Origin: Gallionellaceae bacterium UBA6222
GTDB taxonomy: Bacteria; Pseudomonadota; Gammaproteobacteria; Burkholderiales; Gallionellaceae
Assembly: GCA_002421915.1 (NCBI GenBank)
Contig: DISA01000042.1
Span: forward strand, 34,910 to 94,077
Direction: 5' to 3'
DNA length: 59,168 bases
The position numbers and the translations under genes are program-made. Position 1 is the first letter of the stretch, and every line of letters starts with the position of its first letter. A model generated the notes under the pieces. It did not search any database and was not told the DNA's origin. It saw only the letters and a list, made by a program, of their open reading frames with translations. Of this stretch, positions 1 through 9,454 are shown piece by piece.

Positions 1-155
1 GCGAACAGCACGCGCCGGTGCACCGGCTTCAGGCCGTCGCGCACATCCGGCAGCGCGCGCCCCACGATCACGCTCATCGCATAATCGAGGTAAGACTTGC
101 GCATCTCTTCTTCAAGGCTGACTGGCAGGGTTTCTTTGGCGAATTGTTGTTCCAT
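1..155 (-). CDS. gyrA: DNA gyrase subunit A, 5' end (runs off window)
   Basis: Reverse strand reads [51 protein letters not shown], the GyrA N-terminus. Confidence 0.95.
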   Translation of the reverse strand, partial: MEQQFAKETLPVSLEEEMRKSYLDYAMSVIVGRALPDVRDGLKPVHRRVLF

Positions 156-339
156 GTGCGACCTGATTGATGAGCTGAAGGGGTAAAAAAGCGAAGGTTG
201 CATTCTAGCACAGCAGCCATTCCTGTCGGCTAGCCACCCGTTATCCACCTTGCTATCGGTGTCGCACAGTTGGCAACTTGCGGGCGCAAGGACTCACCCT
301 GCTCAACCCCGCGGGAATAACCCGACGGGATGCGGCTTG

Positions 340-1482
340 CTATTTAGCCGCGAGCCGCCACAGCGAAGTGGTCTCTGCCGCCCGTGCCGCATGGAGCGCG
401 TCGCCGGAATCTGCAACTTTCGGGTGATGCGGCTTCACGTCCATTTTTCCCAGTACCTTCAATCCCGCCGCATCAATCCATCCGAGTAATTCGTCACGGG
501 TACGCAATCCCAGATGTTCGGCCAGATCGGAGAGGATTAACCAGCCCTCGCCCCCCTCATCCAGATGGCCTGCCAGCCCATTGAGGAAACCGCGCAACAT
601 GCGGCTATCAGGGTCAAAGATGGCGTACTCGAGTGGCGAGCTGGGGCGTGCGGGGATCCACGGCGGATTACACACGATAAGCGGGGCGCGCCCTTCGGGA
701 AACAGGTCCGCCTGCACCACTTCCACCTGCGCGGCGAAACCGAGGCGTTCCAGATTCTCACGGGCGCAATTAAGCGCACGCGGGTCTTGGTCGGTGGCGA
801 CGATGCGCCGAATGCCGCGCTTTGCCAGCACGGCGGACAATACGCCCGTGCCTGTGCCGATATCGAACGCCACAGACTTACCCTTCAACGATACGGGTAG
901 CGGCGCGTCGTTCACCAGCCCGACATATTCGCCGCGTACCGGCGAGAACACGCCGTAGTGCGGGTGGATGCGCGCATCCAGGGCGGGAATCTCCACCCCG
1001 TTCTTGCGCCATTCGTGGGCGCCGATCAATCCTTGCAGTCCGCGCAGTGACGCGACATATGGCTCTGCGCCTGCGCCGTAAGCCTCCGTGCAGGCAGCAC
1101 GCGTATCGGGCGCGCGGCGCAAAGGCACGCTGTGATCCGCCCCGAACGACAGCAACAACATGCCCAAGGTGCGGGCGCGCTGCGATTGGGCCTGGCGGTA
1201 CAAATGGAAAGCTTCAGTCAAGGTGGCGGGTTGTGGCTTGGCCTTGCGCGGTTTCTCGTCCGCACGGCGCGCCATAGCTTGCAGCAACTGGCGTGCATTC
1301 TGAAAGTCACCCCGCCACAACAGCGCAGTGCCCTCGCAGGCCATGCGGTAGGCAACGTCCGCCGTAATACGATCATCGGCCACTTCTACCCGTTTTGGCG
1401 GCGGTGTGCCTGCTTCAGAACGCCAGCGTGCAGATCTTTCTTCGCCACCCTCGTTCCAGCGGATGATGGGGAAATCGATCAT
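340..1482 (-). CDS. Class I SAM-dependent methyltransferase (MTS/HemK-like)
   Basis: FDIGTGTG SAM-binding motif and CNPPW catalytic motif; HYGVFSP upstream. Confidence 0.85.
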   Translation of the reverse strand: MIDFPIIRWNEGGEERSARWRSEAGTPPPKRVEVADDRITADVAYRMACEGTALLWRGDFQNARQLLQAMARRADEKPRKAKPQPATLTEAFHLYRQAQSQRARTLGMLLLSFGADHSVPLRRAPDTRAACTEAYGAGAEPYVASLRGLQGLIGAHEWRKNGVEIPALDARIHPHYGVFSPVRGEYVGLVNDAPLPVSLKGKSVAFDIGTGTGVLSAVLAKRGIRRIVATDQDPRALNCARENLERLGFAAQVEVVQADLFPEGRAPLIVCNPPWIPARPSSPLEYAIFDPDSRMLRGFLNGLAGHLDEGGEGWLILSDLAEHLGLRTRDELLGWIDAAGLKVLGKMDVKPHHPKVADSGDALHAARAAETTSLWRLAAK

Positions 1483-1653
1483 TGCGACGGAAATGGGGCT
1501 TGGAATGAAAGGTTATGTGGCATGACTTGGGTTCGCAACCGGGCTCCGCACCGTATCCACTCGCCCGCCCCCGGTCAATAGGCCAAACAACTCTTTTTAA
1601 TTCGGCGGGGTTTTGCTACATTCCACGCACGCCTTCATCAACGGTCGATTACC

Positions 1654-2349
1654 ATGTCCAACGCCGATCCCATCGAACTTGAAAAATTCTCGCAGCTCGC
1701 CCACAAGTGGTGGGATCCGAACAGCGAGTTCAAGCCCTTGCACCAGATCAACCCCCTGCGCCTGGCTTATATCGACCGCATCGCGCCGCTCTCCGGCAAA
1801 AGCGCGCTCGATGTCGGCTGCGGCGGCGGCATCCTGAGCGAGGCACTGGCGGATGCGGGCGCAACGGTGACAGGCATCGACCTCGCCGACAAATCGCTGC
1901 AAGTCGCCAAGCTGCATCTGCTGGAGAGCGGCAAACAGGTGGAATACCGCAAGGTGGCAGTGGAAGAGCTTGCCAAAGAACACCCTGCACACTATGACGT
2001 GGTGACCTGCATGGAGATGCTGGAGCATGTACCCGATCCGGCGGCAATCGTCGCTGCCTGCGCCAAGCTGGTGAAACCCGGCGGATATGTGTTCTTCTCC
2101 ACCCTCAACCGCAATCCGAAGTCTTATCTGTTCGCGATCATCGGCGCGGAATACGTGTTAAACCTGCTGCCGCGCGGCACGCACGACTACGCCAGATTCA
2201 TCAAACCGTCCGAACTGGCGCAATGGTGCCGCGATGCAGGCTTGAATGTGCGCGAGGTCACGGGCATGAGTTACAACCCGCTGGACCGGTCCTATTCGCT
2301 CGGACGCGACACCGGCGTCAACTATTTACTCGCCAGCCAACGTGGTTGA
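1654..2349 (+). CDS. ubiG: Ubiquinone biosynthesis O-methyltransferase
   Basis: [42 protein letters not shown]. Confidence 0.95.
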   Translation: MSNADPIELEKFSQLAHKWWDPNSEFKPLHQINPLRLAYIDRIAPLSGKSALDVGCGGGILSEALADAGATVTGIDLADKSLQVAKLHLLESGKQVEYRKVAVEELAKEHPAHYDVVTCMEMLEHVPDPAAIVAACAKLVKPGGYVFFSTLNRNPKSYLFAIIGAEYVLNLLPRGTHDYARFIKPSELAQWCRDAGLNVREVTGMSYNPLDRSYSLGRDTGVNYLLASQRG

Positions 2350-2995
2350 TGCCGTCCTCTTCGATCTCGACGGCACGTTTGCCGACACTGCTCCCGATCT
2401 GGGCGAGGCGCTGAACCATGTCCGCGCCCTGCGCAATCTTCCTCCCCTGCCGTTGGAAGTCATCCGTCCGCAAGCCTCGCACGGCTCGCGCGGTCTGCTC
2501 AAACTCGGACTCGACCTCGATCCCGGCACACCGGACTATGACACCCTGCGCGATGCTTTTCTGCAACACTACGAAGAGCACCTGTGCGACCGCACCAAGG
2601 TTTTTTCCGGTATGTCTGCATTGCTCAACGAACTCGAACAACGCGACCTGCCGTGGGGCATCGTCACCAACAAACCGCACCGCTTTACCGTGCCACTGAT
2701 GGAAAAACTCGGTTACGCCGCGCGCGCGGCATGCCTGGTCAGCGGCGACACCTGCGCCGAGGCCAAGCCACATCCCGCACCATTGTTGTACGCCGCCAAA
2801 TTGATGGGGGTCGCTGCCAATCGCTGCCTTTACCTTGGCGACGACCTGCGCGACATGCAGGCTGCCCGGTCTGCCCAAATGATTGGCATCATCGCTGCCT
2901 ACGGCTATCTCGCCGCCAATACCGAGCTGCGCGACTGGCCTGCCGCCGGCAGCGTGCAAACTCCGTTTGCTTTGTTGCGCTACCTTGCACTGTGA
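2342..2995 (+). CDS. HAD-family phosphatase (phosphoglycolate phosphatase/MupP-like)
   Basis: FDLDGT, VTNK, KPHP, GDD motifs; overlaps the ubiG stop as in the common ubiG-gph pair. Confidence 0.9.
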   Translation: MVDAVLFDLDGTFADTAPDLGEALNHVRALRNLPPLPLEVIRPQASHGSRGLLKLGLDLDPGTPDYDTLRDAFLQHYEEHLCDRTKVFSGMSALLNELEQRDLPWGIVTNKPHRFTVPLMEKLGYAARAACLVSGDTCAEAKPHPAPLLYAAKLMGVAANRCLYLGDDLRDMQAARSAQMIGIIAAYGYLAANTELRDWPAAGSVQTPFALLRYLAL

Positions 2996-3046
2996 ACCCC
3001 GGGCTCCCTCCGGTATGATATCCGCACCGATTGCGAGGATGGCAGC

Positions 3047-4447
3047 ATGAGTGAAAAACAAAGCAACGATACAACGGCAGCCAGCCAAGGCGACATCCAA
3101 GCCATCCTGCACAAGGTCATCATCGCCCACCAGCAGGCCCTCGCCCTGCTGCAACAAACCGAAACCGCCTATAGCCGTCTGGTTCCGCACCAGCTGCTCA
3201 GCCTGTTGCAGGCCAGAAGTATCGTTGATGTCAAACTGGGCGATCAGGTCGAGCGCAAAATGACCATCATGTTCTCCGATATCCGCGATTTCACACCCCT
3301 GTCAGAATCAATGACCCCGGCGGAGAATTTCGAATTCATCAACTCCTACCTGAGCCAGATGGAGCCGGTAATCAGCCGCCACCACGGCATCATCGACAAA
3401 TATATCGGTGATGCCATCATGGCCCTGTTCGAGAAGGGTGCGGACGAGGCGCTGAACGGCGCCATAGACATGCTGGAAAGACTCGCCTACTACAACGCCG
3501 GGCGACAACGCGCCGGCTACCAGCCGATCCAGATCGGCATCGGCCTCAACAGCGGCATGGTAATGATCGGCACCGTGGGTGGCATCAACCGTATGGACAG
3601 TACCGTGATCGGCGATGCGGTCAACCTGGCTGCGCGACTTGAAGAAGCAACCAAGATCTACGACACCCCGCTCATCATCAGCCACAATACCCTGTACGAT
3701 CTCGACACGCCTGCAGCCTACCACTTCCGCTTTCTCGACCGCATCCGCGTCAAAGGCAAATCGCAACCGCTCTCCATTTACGAAGTGTTCGACAACGACG
3801 CGCCCGAACTGCGCCAACAGAAAACCGATACCCGGGAGGATTTTGAACAGGCTGTCGCCTACTATCATCTAAAAGACATCACCTTGGCGCTGCCCCGTTT
3901 CGAACGCTGTGTCACCCTTTGCCCGGACGACGTTCCTGCCCGTATCTATCTCGAACGCTGCCGGGAATATCAGGCCACGCAACGCCACCTTGGGACAGCC
4001 GAACTCGACACCGCCCTTTTGTGGAAAGAAAAATTTGAGACCGGTATCGAACAGATCGATATCGCCCACCAGGCCCTGTTGCAACGTATCAACCAGCTCG
4101 CCACCCGCATCCGGCAACACGAAATGATCGATTTTGATGATCTATTCCTCTACATGCAGCGGCACTGCGACACGACCTTCCCCTTCGAGGAAGAATTGAT
4201 GCGCGAGCACCTTTACCCCTTTATCGATGGCCATATCCATGAACACCTGCACTTCATCGCAAACTATCGTGATCTGCAAAGCCAATTCTCCAGTGGCCTG
4301 CATGACCAACGCTACCTCGCCTATCGCACCGAATTACTGCTGCTCGACTGGTTTTCCTCGCATGCCACCAAGGCCGACCGCCATTTCGCCCGCCACATGC
4401 AAAACACTCCGCCACGGCAAACTGCTACAATCCCGTCCGCCAAGTAA
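3047..4447 (+). CDS. Class III adenylate/guanylate cyclase with C-terminal hemerythrin-like domain
   Basis: FSDIRDFT, DKYIGDAIMA, GDAVNLAARLE, VKGK; C-terminus W..KFETGIEQIDIAH, EEELM...YP...HIHEH, HATKAD. Confidence 0.85.
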   Translation: MSEKQSNDTTAASQGDIQAILHKVIIAHQQALALLQQTETAYSRLVPHQLLSLLQARSIVDVKLGDQVERKMTIMFSDIRDFTPLSESMTPAENFEFINSYLSQMEPVISRHHGIIDKYIGDAIMALFEKGADEALNGAIDMLERLAYYNAGRQRAGYQPIQIGIGLNSGMVMIGTVGGINRMDSTVIGDAVNLAARLEEATKIYDTPLIISHNTLYDLDTPAAYHFRFLDRIRVKGKSQPLSIYEVFDNDAPELRQQKTDTREDFEQAVAYYHLKDITLALPRFERCVTLCPDDVPARIYLERCREYQATQRHLGTAELDTALLWKEKFETGIEQIDIAHQALLQRINQLATRIRQHEMIDFDDLFLYMQRHCDTTFPFEEELMREHLYPFIDGHIHEHLHFIANYRDLQSQFSSGLHDQRYLAYRTELLLLDWFSSHATKADRHFARHMQNTPPRQTATIPSAK

Positions 4448-4458
4448 CAAACCGAACC

Positions 4459-4827
4459 GGGGGCGACCTGGCTTCGACGTGGGTTGCAAAGCAGTGCAGG
4501 GCATACCGAGGACCCGCCACCTCGTAAATCAGCTGGAAAACCAATAGTCGCAAACGACGAAAAGTACGCTCTAGCCGCTTAACCGGTTAGACCTCACACC
4601 CCGCTTTCCGTGGAGGGGCTCAAGGCCGTAAGGCCGCGATGAGTGAGGTCATTTACACGGAATCGTGTTGTGCAGGGTCACTTTGCACCGCATTAAATTT
4701 AGGTGACTCGTCCAGTAGCAGCCTGTCGGTTGGCGTCTGCCGGATAAAATCAAATAACCTGACTAAGTATGTAGAACTGTCTGTAGAGGACTTGCGGACG
4801 GGGGTTCAATTCCCCCCGCCTCCACCA
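4459..4827 (+). ncRNA. ssrA: tmRNA
   Basis: 5' GGGGGCG pairs with 3' CGCCTCC-ACCA; T-arm GGGGGTTCAATTCCCC; tag ANDEKYALAA* at 4550-4582. Confidence 0.97.
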
Positions 4828-4861
4828 ATAACCAGTCCGGTGCAATCCGGCGAAGTACACG

Positions 4862-4897
4862 AAACCCGCACAAAGCCGAGCTTTCTGCGGGTTTTTT
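4862..4897 (+). terminator. Intrinsic terminator-like hairpin after ssrA
   Basis: AAACCCGCA...TGCGGGTTT followed by a T-run. Confidence 0.6.
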
Positions 4898-4931
4898 GTT
4901 TCCTAGCGTCCAATCCCGTACATTGACATCC

Positions 4932-4990
4932 GGGGGCAACTGGGGGCAACATCGGGGGCAACTGACCTACCGACAGAAGGAGTTGCCCCC
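4932..4990. repeat. Integrase arm-type repeats (GGGGGCAAC), attL side
   Basis: Three direct copies at 4932, 4942 and 4954, plus an inverted copy AGTTGCCCCC at 4981-4990 abutting the int ATG; TTGACA at 4923. Confidence 0.75.
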
Positions 4991-6235
4991 ATGTCCCTGA
5001 CCGATACCGCGATCCGCAACGCCAAGCCCGGCATTACGCCGACCGGAAAAGCAACCGCCAAACCCTACAAGATGGGCGATACCGGCGGCCTGTATCTGGA
5101 AGTTGCCCCCAGTGGGGGCAAGTGGTGGCGGTTGAAGTATCGCCACGGCGGGAAGGAAAAGCGGCTTTCCCTTGGTGTATATCCTGACGTGAGTTTGAAG
5201 GATGCCCGGCAACGCCGCGACGATGCCCGCAAGCTGCTGGCGAACGACATAGACCCGGCAGAAAATCGCAAGGCCGCGAAAGCCGCCAAGGTTGAGCGGG
5301 CGGGCAACAGCTTCGAGGTAATCGCCCGTGAGTGGTATGCAAAGAACTCACCCAACTGGGCAGAGAATCACGGCAAGCGCATCCTGCAGCGCTTTGAGCG
5401 CGACCTGTTCCCGTGGATCGGTGGCCGCCCGATTGCCGAGATAACCGCCCCCGAACTGCTGGCCGTGTTGCGCCGGATCGAGGAACGCGGCGCGGTGGAA
5501 ACCGCGCACCGTGCGCACCAGAACTGCGGGCAGGTGTTCCGCTATGCCATCGCAACCGGGCGAGCCGAGCGCGACCCTTCCCCCGACCTCAAGGGCGCAT
5601 TGCCCCCGGTGAAAGAAAAACACCTTGCCGCCATCACCGACCCCAAGGCCATCGGCGCACTGCTGCGCGCAATTGATGATTACCAGGGGCAGTTTGTAAC
5701 AAAATGCGCCCTGCGTCTCGCCCCTTTGGTGTTCGTGCGCCCTGGCGAACTGCGCAAGGCCGAGTGGATAGAGTTTGACCTGGACAAAGCCGAGTGGAAC
5801 ATCCCCGCCGAACGGATGAAGATGCGCGAGCCGCACCTGGTTCCACTGGCTGCGCAAGCTGTGGCGATCCTGCGCGAGCTTCATTCCCTTACTGGTGGCG
5901 GTAAGTACGTGTTCCCCGGCGCACGTACTACCAAGCGCCCGATGAGCGATAACGCCATCCTCGCCGCCCTGCGGCGCATGGGTTTTGCCAAGGATGAAAT
6001 GAGCGGCCACGGCTTCCGGGCAATGGCGCGCACCGTACTGGATGAAGTGCTGCAGGTGCGCCCGGATTATATCGAGCACCAGTTAGCCCACGCCGTGCGC
6101 GATCCGAACGGGCGGGCATACAACCGCACCGCGCACCTGGACGAGCGCCGCAAGATGATGCAGCTATGGGCGGACTATCTGGACAAGCAAAAAGCCGGGG
6201 CGGAAGTCATCCCGCTGCATGGCGCTGCAGCATGA
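4991..6235 (+). CDS. P4-family tyrosine integrase
   Basis: Arm-binding N-terminus (LTDTAIRNAKP...GLYLEV...KWWRLKYR); catalytic VRPGELR, HGFR, LAH, AYNR. Confidence 0.95.
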   Translation: MSLTDTAIRNAKPGITPTGKATAKPYKMGDTGGLYLEVAPSGGKWWRLKYRHGGKEKRLSLGVYPDVSLKDARQRRDDARKLLANDIDPAENRKAAKAAKVERAGNSFEVIAREWYAKNSPNWAENHGKRILQRFERDLFPWIGGRPIAEITAPELLAVLRRIEERGAVETAHRAHQNCGQVFRYAIATGRAERDPSPDLKGALPPVKEKHLAAITDPKAIGALLRAIDDYQGQFVTKCALRLAPLVFVRPGELRKAEWIEFDLDKAEWNIPAERMKMREPHLVPLAAQAVAILRELHSLTGGGKYVFPGARTTKRPMSDNAILAALRRMGFAKDEMSGHGFRAMARTVLDEVLQVRPDYIEHQLAHAVRDPNGRAYNRTAHLDERRKMMQLWADYLDKQKAGAEVIPLHGAAA

Positions 6236-6264
6236 TCCACTCCGTTTTGCGTCCCGCCCTTATC

Positions 6265-6414
6265 AAAAACAGGTGGGGCAGGTTGGGGCAGTCGGGGCAG
6301 CCCGCCGTTATTGGGTTCGCGCTGCCCCAACTTTTCCAAACCGAGTTGGGGCAGTTGGGGCAACCTGTCCGAGGGTGTCCAACGCCGTCCGGTGATTCTC
6401 CGCAAAACCGATGC
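6265..6414. repeat. 150-bp iteron-rich inverted repeat, left copy
   Basis: Reverse complement of 12832-12981, first ~50 bp identical; six (G)TTGGGGCA-type units. Confidence 0.92.
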
Positions 6415-6543
6415 GAATGCTCAAAGCCTTATGGAATGGGCGCGCGAAGGGGTTTCCCTGCCGCCCATTCTCACGGCGGAATGCGGGTTGCAGCGCGGTT
6501 GCCGATGCAAAATGCAAGATATGATTTAGCCAAACCGGCCAGT

Positions 6544-6571
6544 TTGCATAAGTAACGCTATAGGTTACAAT
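6544..6571 (+). promoter_or_regulatory. higBA promoter/operator
   Basis: TTGCAT...TACAAT with overlapping inverted repeat GTAAC-N7-GTTAC. Confidence 0.55.
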
Positions 6572-6576
6572 GTGCC

Positions 6577-6855
6577 ATGATTAAGAGCTTCAAACACAAA
6601 GGGCTTGAGCGGCTGTTTACCAAAGGCACGGCCAGCGGTGTGCAAGCCGATTACGCCCCGCGCATCACCATGCAGCTTGATGCCATAGATGCAGCGGAAC
6701 AGGTGGCCGAACTGGATTTGCCCGGCTTCCGCCTGCACCGGCTGAAAGGCGACAAGCGCAACCTGTGGAGCGTGAGAGTATCGGCCAACTGGCGCATTAC
6801 GTTTGAGTTTGAAAACGGTGACGCCTACATTCTGGACTTGGAGGATTACCACTGA
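6577..6855 (+). CDS. higB: HigB (RelE-superfamily) toxin
   Basis: MIKSFKHKGL...LHRLKGD...WSVRVSANWRITFEF...EDYH. Confidence 0.92.
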   Translation: MIKSFKHKGLERLFTKGTASGVQADYAPRITMQLDAIDAAEQVAELDLPGFRLHRLKGDKRNLWSVRVSANWRITFEFENGDAYILDLEDYH

Positions 6856-7157
6856 TGAACACATTGCGAAACAAGAACCGCACCCCCACCCACCCCGGCG
6901 CATTGCTGCGCGAGGTAGTGTTGCCCGAGCTGGGAATCACGCAGGGCGAATTTGCCGACCGGCTGGGCGTATCGCGCCGTACCGTGTCCGAAATCCTGCA
7001 CGAACGCCGCCCCATTACGCCCGACATGGCAATCCGCCTGGGCAAGCTGCTGGGCAATGGCGCGGGGTTGTGGCTGCGGATGCAACAGGCCGTGGACGTG
7101 TGGACGCTGGAACAGGAAGGCGATTATTCCGACATTCACCAACTCAAAGCCGCATAG
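6855..7157 (+). CDS. higA: HigA antitoxin (Xre HTH)
   Basis: HPGALLRE...ITPDMAIRLGKLLGNGAGLWLRMQ; coupled to higB. Confidence 0.92.
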   Translation: MNTLRNKNRTPTHPGALLREVVLPELGITQGEFADRLGVSRRTVSEILHERRPITPDMAIRLGKLLGNGAGLWLRMQQAVDVWTLEQEGDYSDIHQLKAA

Positions 7158-7189
7158 AACACCGCGCCCCTGACGCGGCATATTCAGGG

Positions 7190-7268
7190 AAAGCGAAGCC
7201 GCCCGATGCGCTAACATCGGACGGCCTCTAACCGCAACGCAACCTAACCGGAGGTGGCATCATGGCTG
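7190..7268 (-). ncRNA. Putative cis-antisense sRNA over the radC translation start (SymR/ptaRNA1-like layout)
   Basis: Minus-strand extended -10 TGcTAGAAT at 7283-7275; hairpin 7198-7225 followed by TTCGCTTT on the minus strand; spans RBS GGAGG and ATG. Confidence 0.5.
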
Positions 7269-7810
7269 CAACGGATTCTAGCATCACACCACAACGCGCC
7301 CGAGAGGATCGGGCGATCTATCGAGCCATGCACTTGCTGGAAAAACGCTTGCGCAAGCCTGGCGAATCATTCAACAACCCCAAAGCAGTGCGGCAATATC
7401 TTGCCTTGCACTTGGCGGGTTTTGAGCGCGAGGTGTTTTCCGCCTTGTGGCTGGATGCGCAACACTGCTTGATTGCGGCGGAACATTTGTTTGCTGGGAC
7501 GCTCACCCAAACGTCAGTTTATCCGCGTGAGGTGGCGCGGCGTTGCTTGCAGTTGAATGCCGCCGCTGTCATCTTTGCGCACAACCACCCAAGCGGAATT
7601 GCCGAACCCAGCGAGGCGGATTTACTATTGACGCGCGCCCTGATGGATACCCTTGCGCTGTTTGATGCTCGGGTGTTGGATCATTTCATCGTGGCCGGAT
7701 CGGGTGCGGTATCGCTTGCGGAAATTGGCTTACTGGGCGAGGTGAGTTTTCCAAGCAAAGAAGTGCAACCGGCCGCGCCGAAGAAGAAGCGGAAGCGGGC
7801 GAACGCATAA
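7262..7810 (+). CDS. RadC-like JAB/MPN domain protein (short, no HhH domain)
   Basis: EREVF, VYPREV, AHNHPSG, PSEAD, VLDHFIV. Confidence 0.92.
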   Translation: MAATDSSITPQRAREDRAIYRAMHLLEKRLRKPGESFNNPKAVRQYLALHLAGFEREVFSALWLDAQHCLIAAEHLFAGTLTQTSVYPREVARRCLQLNAAAVIFAHNHPSGIAEPSEADLLLTRALMDTLALFDARVLDHFIVAGSGAVSLAEIGLLGEVSFPSKEVQPAAPKKKRKRANA

Positions 7811-7907
7811 CCGAGTTTGCCACCCCTAGCCCGACGGGGCGAAGCGCCGGACACCTTCACCGGCTGGGGTGGCAACCCTATGAAGGCGCACAGCGAAGGG
7901 GTGCGAG

Positions 7908-8576
7908 ATGGATTCAAACCAATTCAGGTTTAGCGAAGCACAGCGGCGCGCACTTGCCCTGCACATGAAGCTACTGCCAGTTGACCCGGTGCAATCATTT
8001 CTAAATCGCTGCGAATATGCGATTGCGGAATGGCAAGCCGATTGGCCGGTGGAGAAGATGATGGAAGGAAACAAAGGCGCAGGCGACCAACTGCGCGCGG
8101 TGAGCACCGCTCTACTGCAAGCCCGGTGCGAAATCATGAAGTTGCAGGAAGGTGCAAGCGCCGCGCTCTGGATCAGACTACACGAAGTGCAAACCGCGAA
8201 AAACACAACCAAGCCATGGGCTGTGCGGGATGCCTATCTGTTGCGCCTGCTTGAGCTTGCGCAGATGGCTAGCACTCTAGCCGATGACTTTCGGGCTGGT
8301 GGCGTAGTGAAATACTGCGAACGCGATCTAGTGGATAGGCTGGTGCAAGCATTCATTGATTCATCATTTAACCGCGTACCTAGCGCCGCACCCAACGGGA
8401 TATTTATGCACTTCCTCGGAGAGCTTGAAAACATGCTGACGCTGCCGGGAGGCAAGAAGTTAACGCTAGGCAAAGACATTGTGGCGGCGTCAATTGAGTG
8501 TCACAAGCAACAAGCTGCGCAGCTTGAGCAGTGGCAAGCGGGCATGTACGAATTCACGACAAAGCCGAGCAGTTGA
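7908..8576 (+). CDS. Hypothetical protein
   Basis: 222-aa ORF with purine-rich RBS, co-oriented with island genes; no motif recognised. Confidence 0.7.
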   Translation: MDSNQFRFSEAQRRALALHMKLLPVDPVQSFLNRCEYAIAEWQADWPVEKMMEGNKGAGDQLRAVSTALLQARCEIMKLQEGASAALWIRLHEVQTAKNTTKPWAVRDAYLLRLLELAQMASTLADDFRAGGVVKYCERDLVDRLVQAFIDSSFNRVPSAAPNGIFMHFLGELENMLTLPGGKKLTLGKDIVAASIECHKQQAAQLEQWQAGMYEFTTKPSS

Positions 8577-8727
8577 CCAAGCGTTGACGAAATCAAACTA
8601 GGCGGACGGATAGCTATAAATCGCACAACCGCCCGCCTATTCCAGCGCTTTACCCCTTCGCATAATGCCCCCTAACAGTCTAGCCGCATCGGACTGGACG
8701 CAATCAGTCCAACCGTTAGGAGCAATC

Positions 8728-8952
8728 ATGCAAAACACAAACACCCCCGCCGGTATTCCTCAAACTGGCTTTGTTCGACTACCTACCATCCTTGCGCATA
8801 TTCCCGTCAGCCGCTCCACCTGGTGGGCCGGTGTGAAGTCCGGCAAGTATCCAGCCCCAGTAAAGTCATTGGGCGCAAATATCACAGCGTGGCGGGCCGA
8901 GGATATACACGCCCTGATAACCAGCCTGTCGCAACCTGCGGCCAAGGCATAA
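8728..8952 (+). CDS. alpA: AlpA-family regulator/excisionase
   Basis: GFVRLPTIL...IPVSRSTWWAGVKSGKYPAPVK...TAWRAEDI; AGGAG RBS. Confidence 0.92.
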   Translation: MQNTNTPAGIPQTGFVRLPTILAHIPVSRSTWWAGVKSGKYPAPVKSLGANITAWRAEDIHALITSLSQPAAKA

Positions 8953-8963
8953 GGGTGGCGATC

Positions 8964-9185
8964 ATGGATAAAGCCGAAGTGATCGAATCCTTGAAATCCG
9001 CCTACCTGATGCTGGAGGGTGCAGAGAAAGCCCTGGATATGAAACGGGGCGAAGGCTACGCCGCCGCGCACCCGGAGATTGTTGCGGCCTTCACGCTGAC
9101 AATCGCCCTTGATTGCCACGCCCGGCAAGTTGCCGGGCCGATGGGCGAGCTTGCCGAATCGCTTGCCCGGTTGTCTGGCGAGTAG
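8964..9185 (+). CDS. Hypothetical protein
   Basis: ORF MDKAEVIESLK... tightly packed after alpA. Confidence 0.6.
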   Translation: MDKAEVIESLKSAYLMLEGAEKALDMKRGEGYAAAHPEIVAAFTLTIALDCHARQVAGPMGELAESLARLSGE

Positions 9186-9205
9186 CGCCCGCACAGGCGG
9201 CAAGC

Positions 9206-9454
9206 ATGGACAGCAAACCCCTTTCGCAACTGCTGCGCCTGCTTGAGTTGGTAAAGGCGCAACCCTTCACCACACTGGATGCGCGAAGCCTGAGCATTAT
9301 GAATTGCGCCCAGCGGATCAGCGAGCTGCGCAAGCAAGGGCATCCGATAGACACCACCTATACCATCCAGACGGACGAACACGGGCACGCGCACCGCGTG
9401 GCGCTGTACGTCTGGAATCCACAACAGAAAAGGCAGGCCGAACTATGGCAATAA
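9206..9454 (+). CDS. Small winged-HTH protein typical of satellites
   Basis: TTLDARSLSIMNCAQRISELRKQGHPIDT...HRVALY. Confidence 0.8.
   Translation: MDSKPLSQLLRLLELVKAQPFTTLDARSLSIMNCAQRISELRKQGHPIDTTYTIQTDEHGHAHRVALYVWNPQQKRQAELWQ

Noticed and set aside
241..249. DnaA-box-like TTATCCACC upstream of gyrA
   Set aside because: Single copy with a mismatch and no cluster or AT-rich unwinding region, so no support for an origin
4639..4926. 95-aa ORF after the cyclase gene
   Set aside because: Lies within the tmRNA gene
6265..6365. Short GGGGCA repeats as a possible CRISPR array
   Set aside because: Units are 8-9 bp with no unique spacers, and there are no cas genes in the window
6166..6555. ORFs over the left repeat that resemble ORFs at 12694-13146
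   Set aside because: The protein similarity is a by-product of the DNA inverted repeat; no RBS or coding signal
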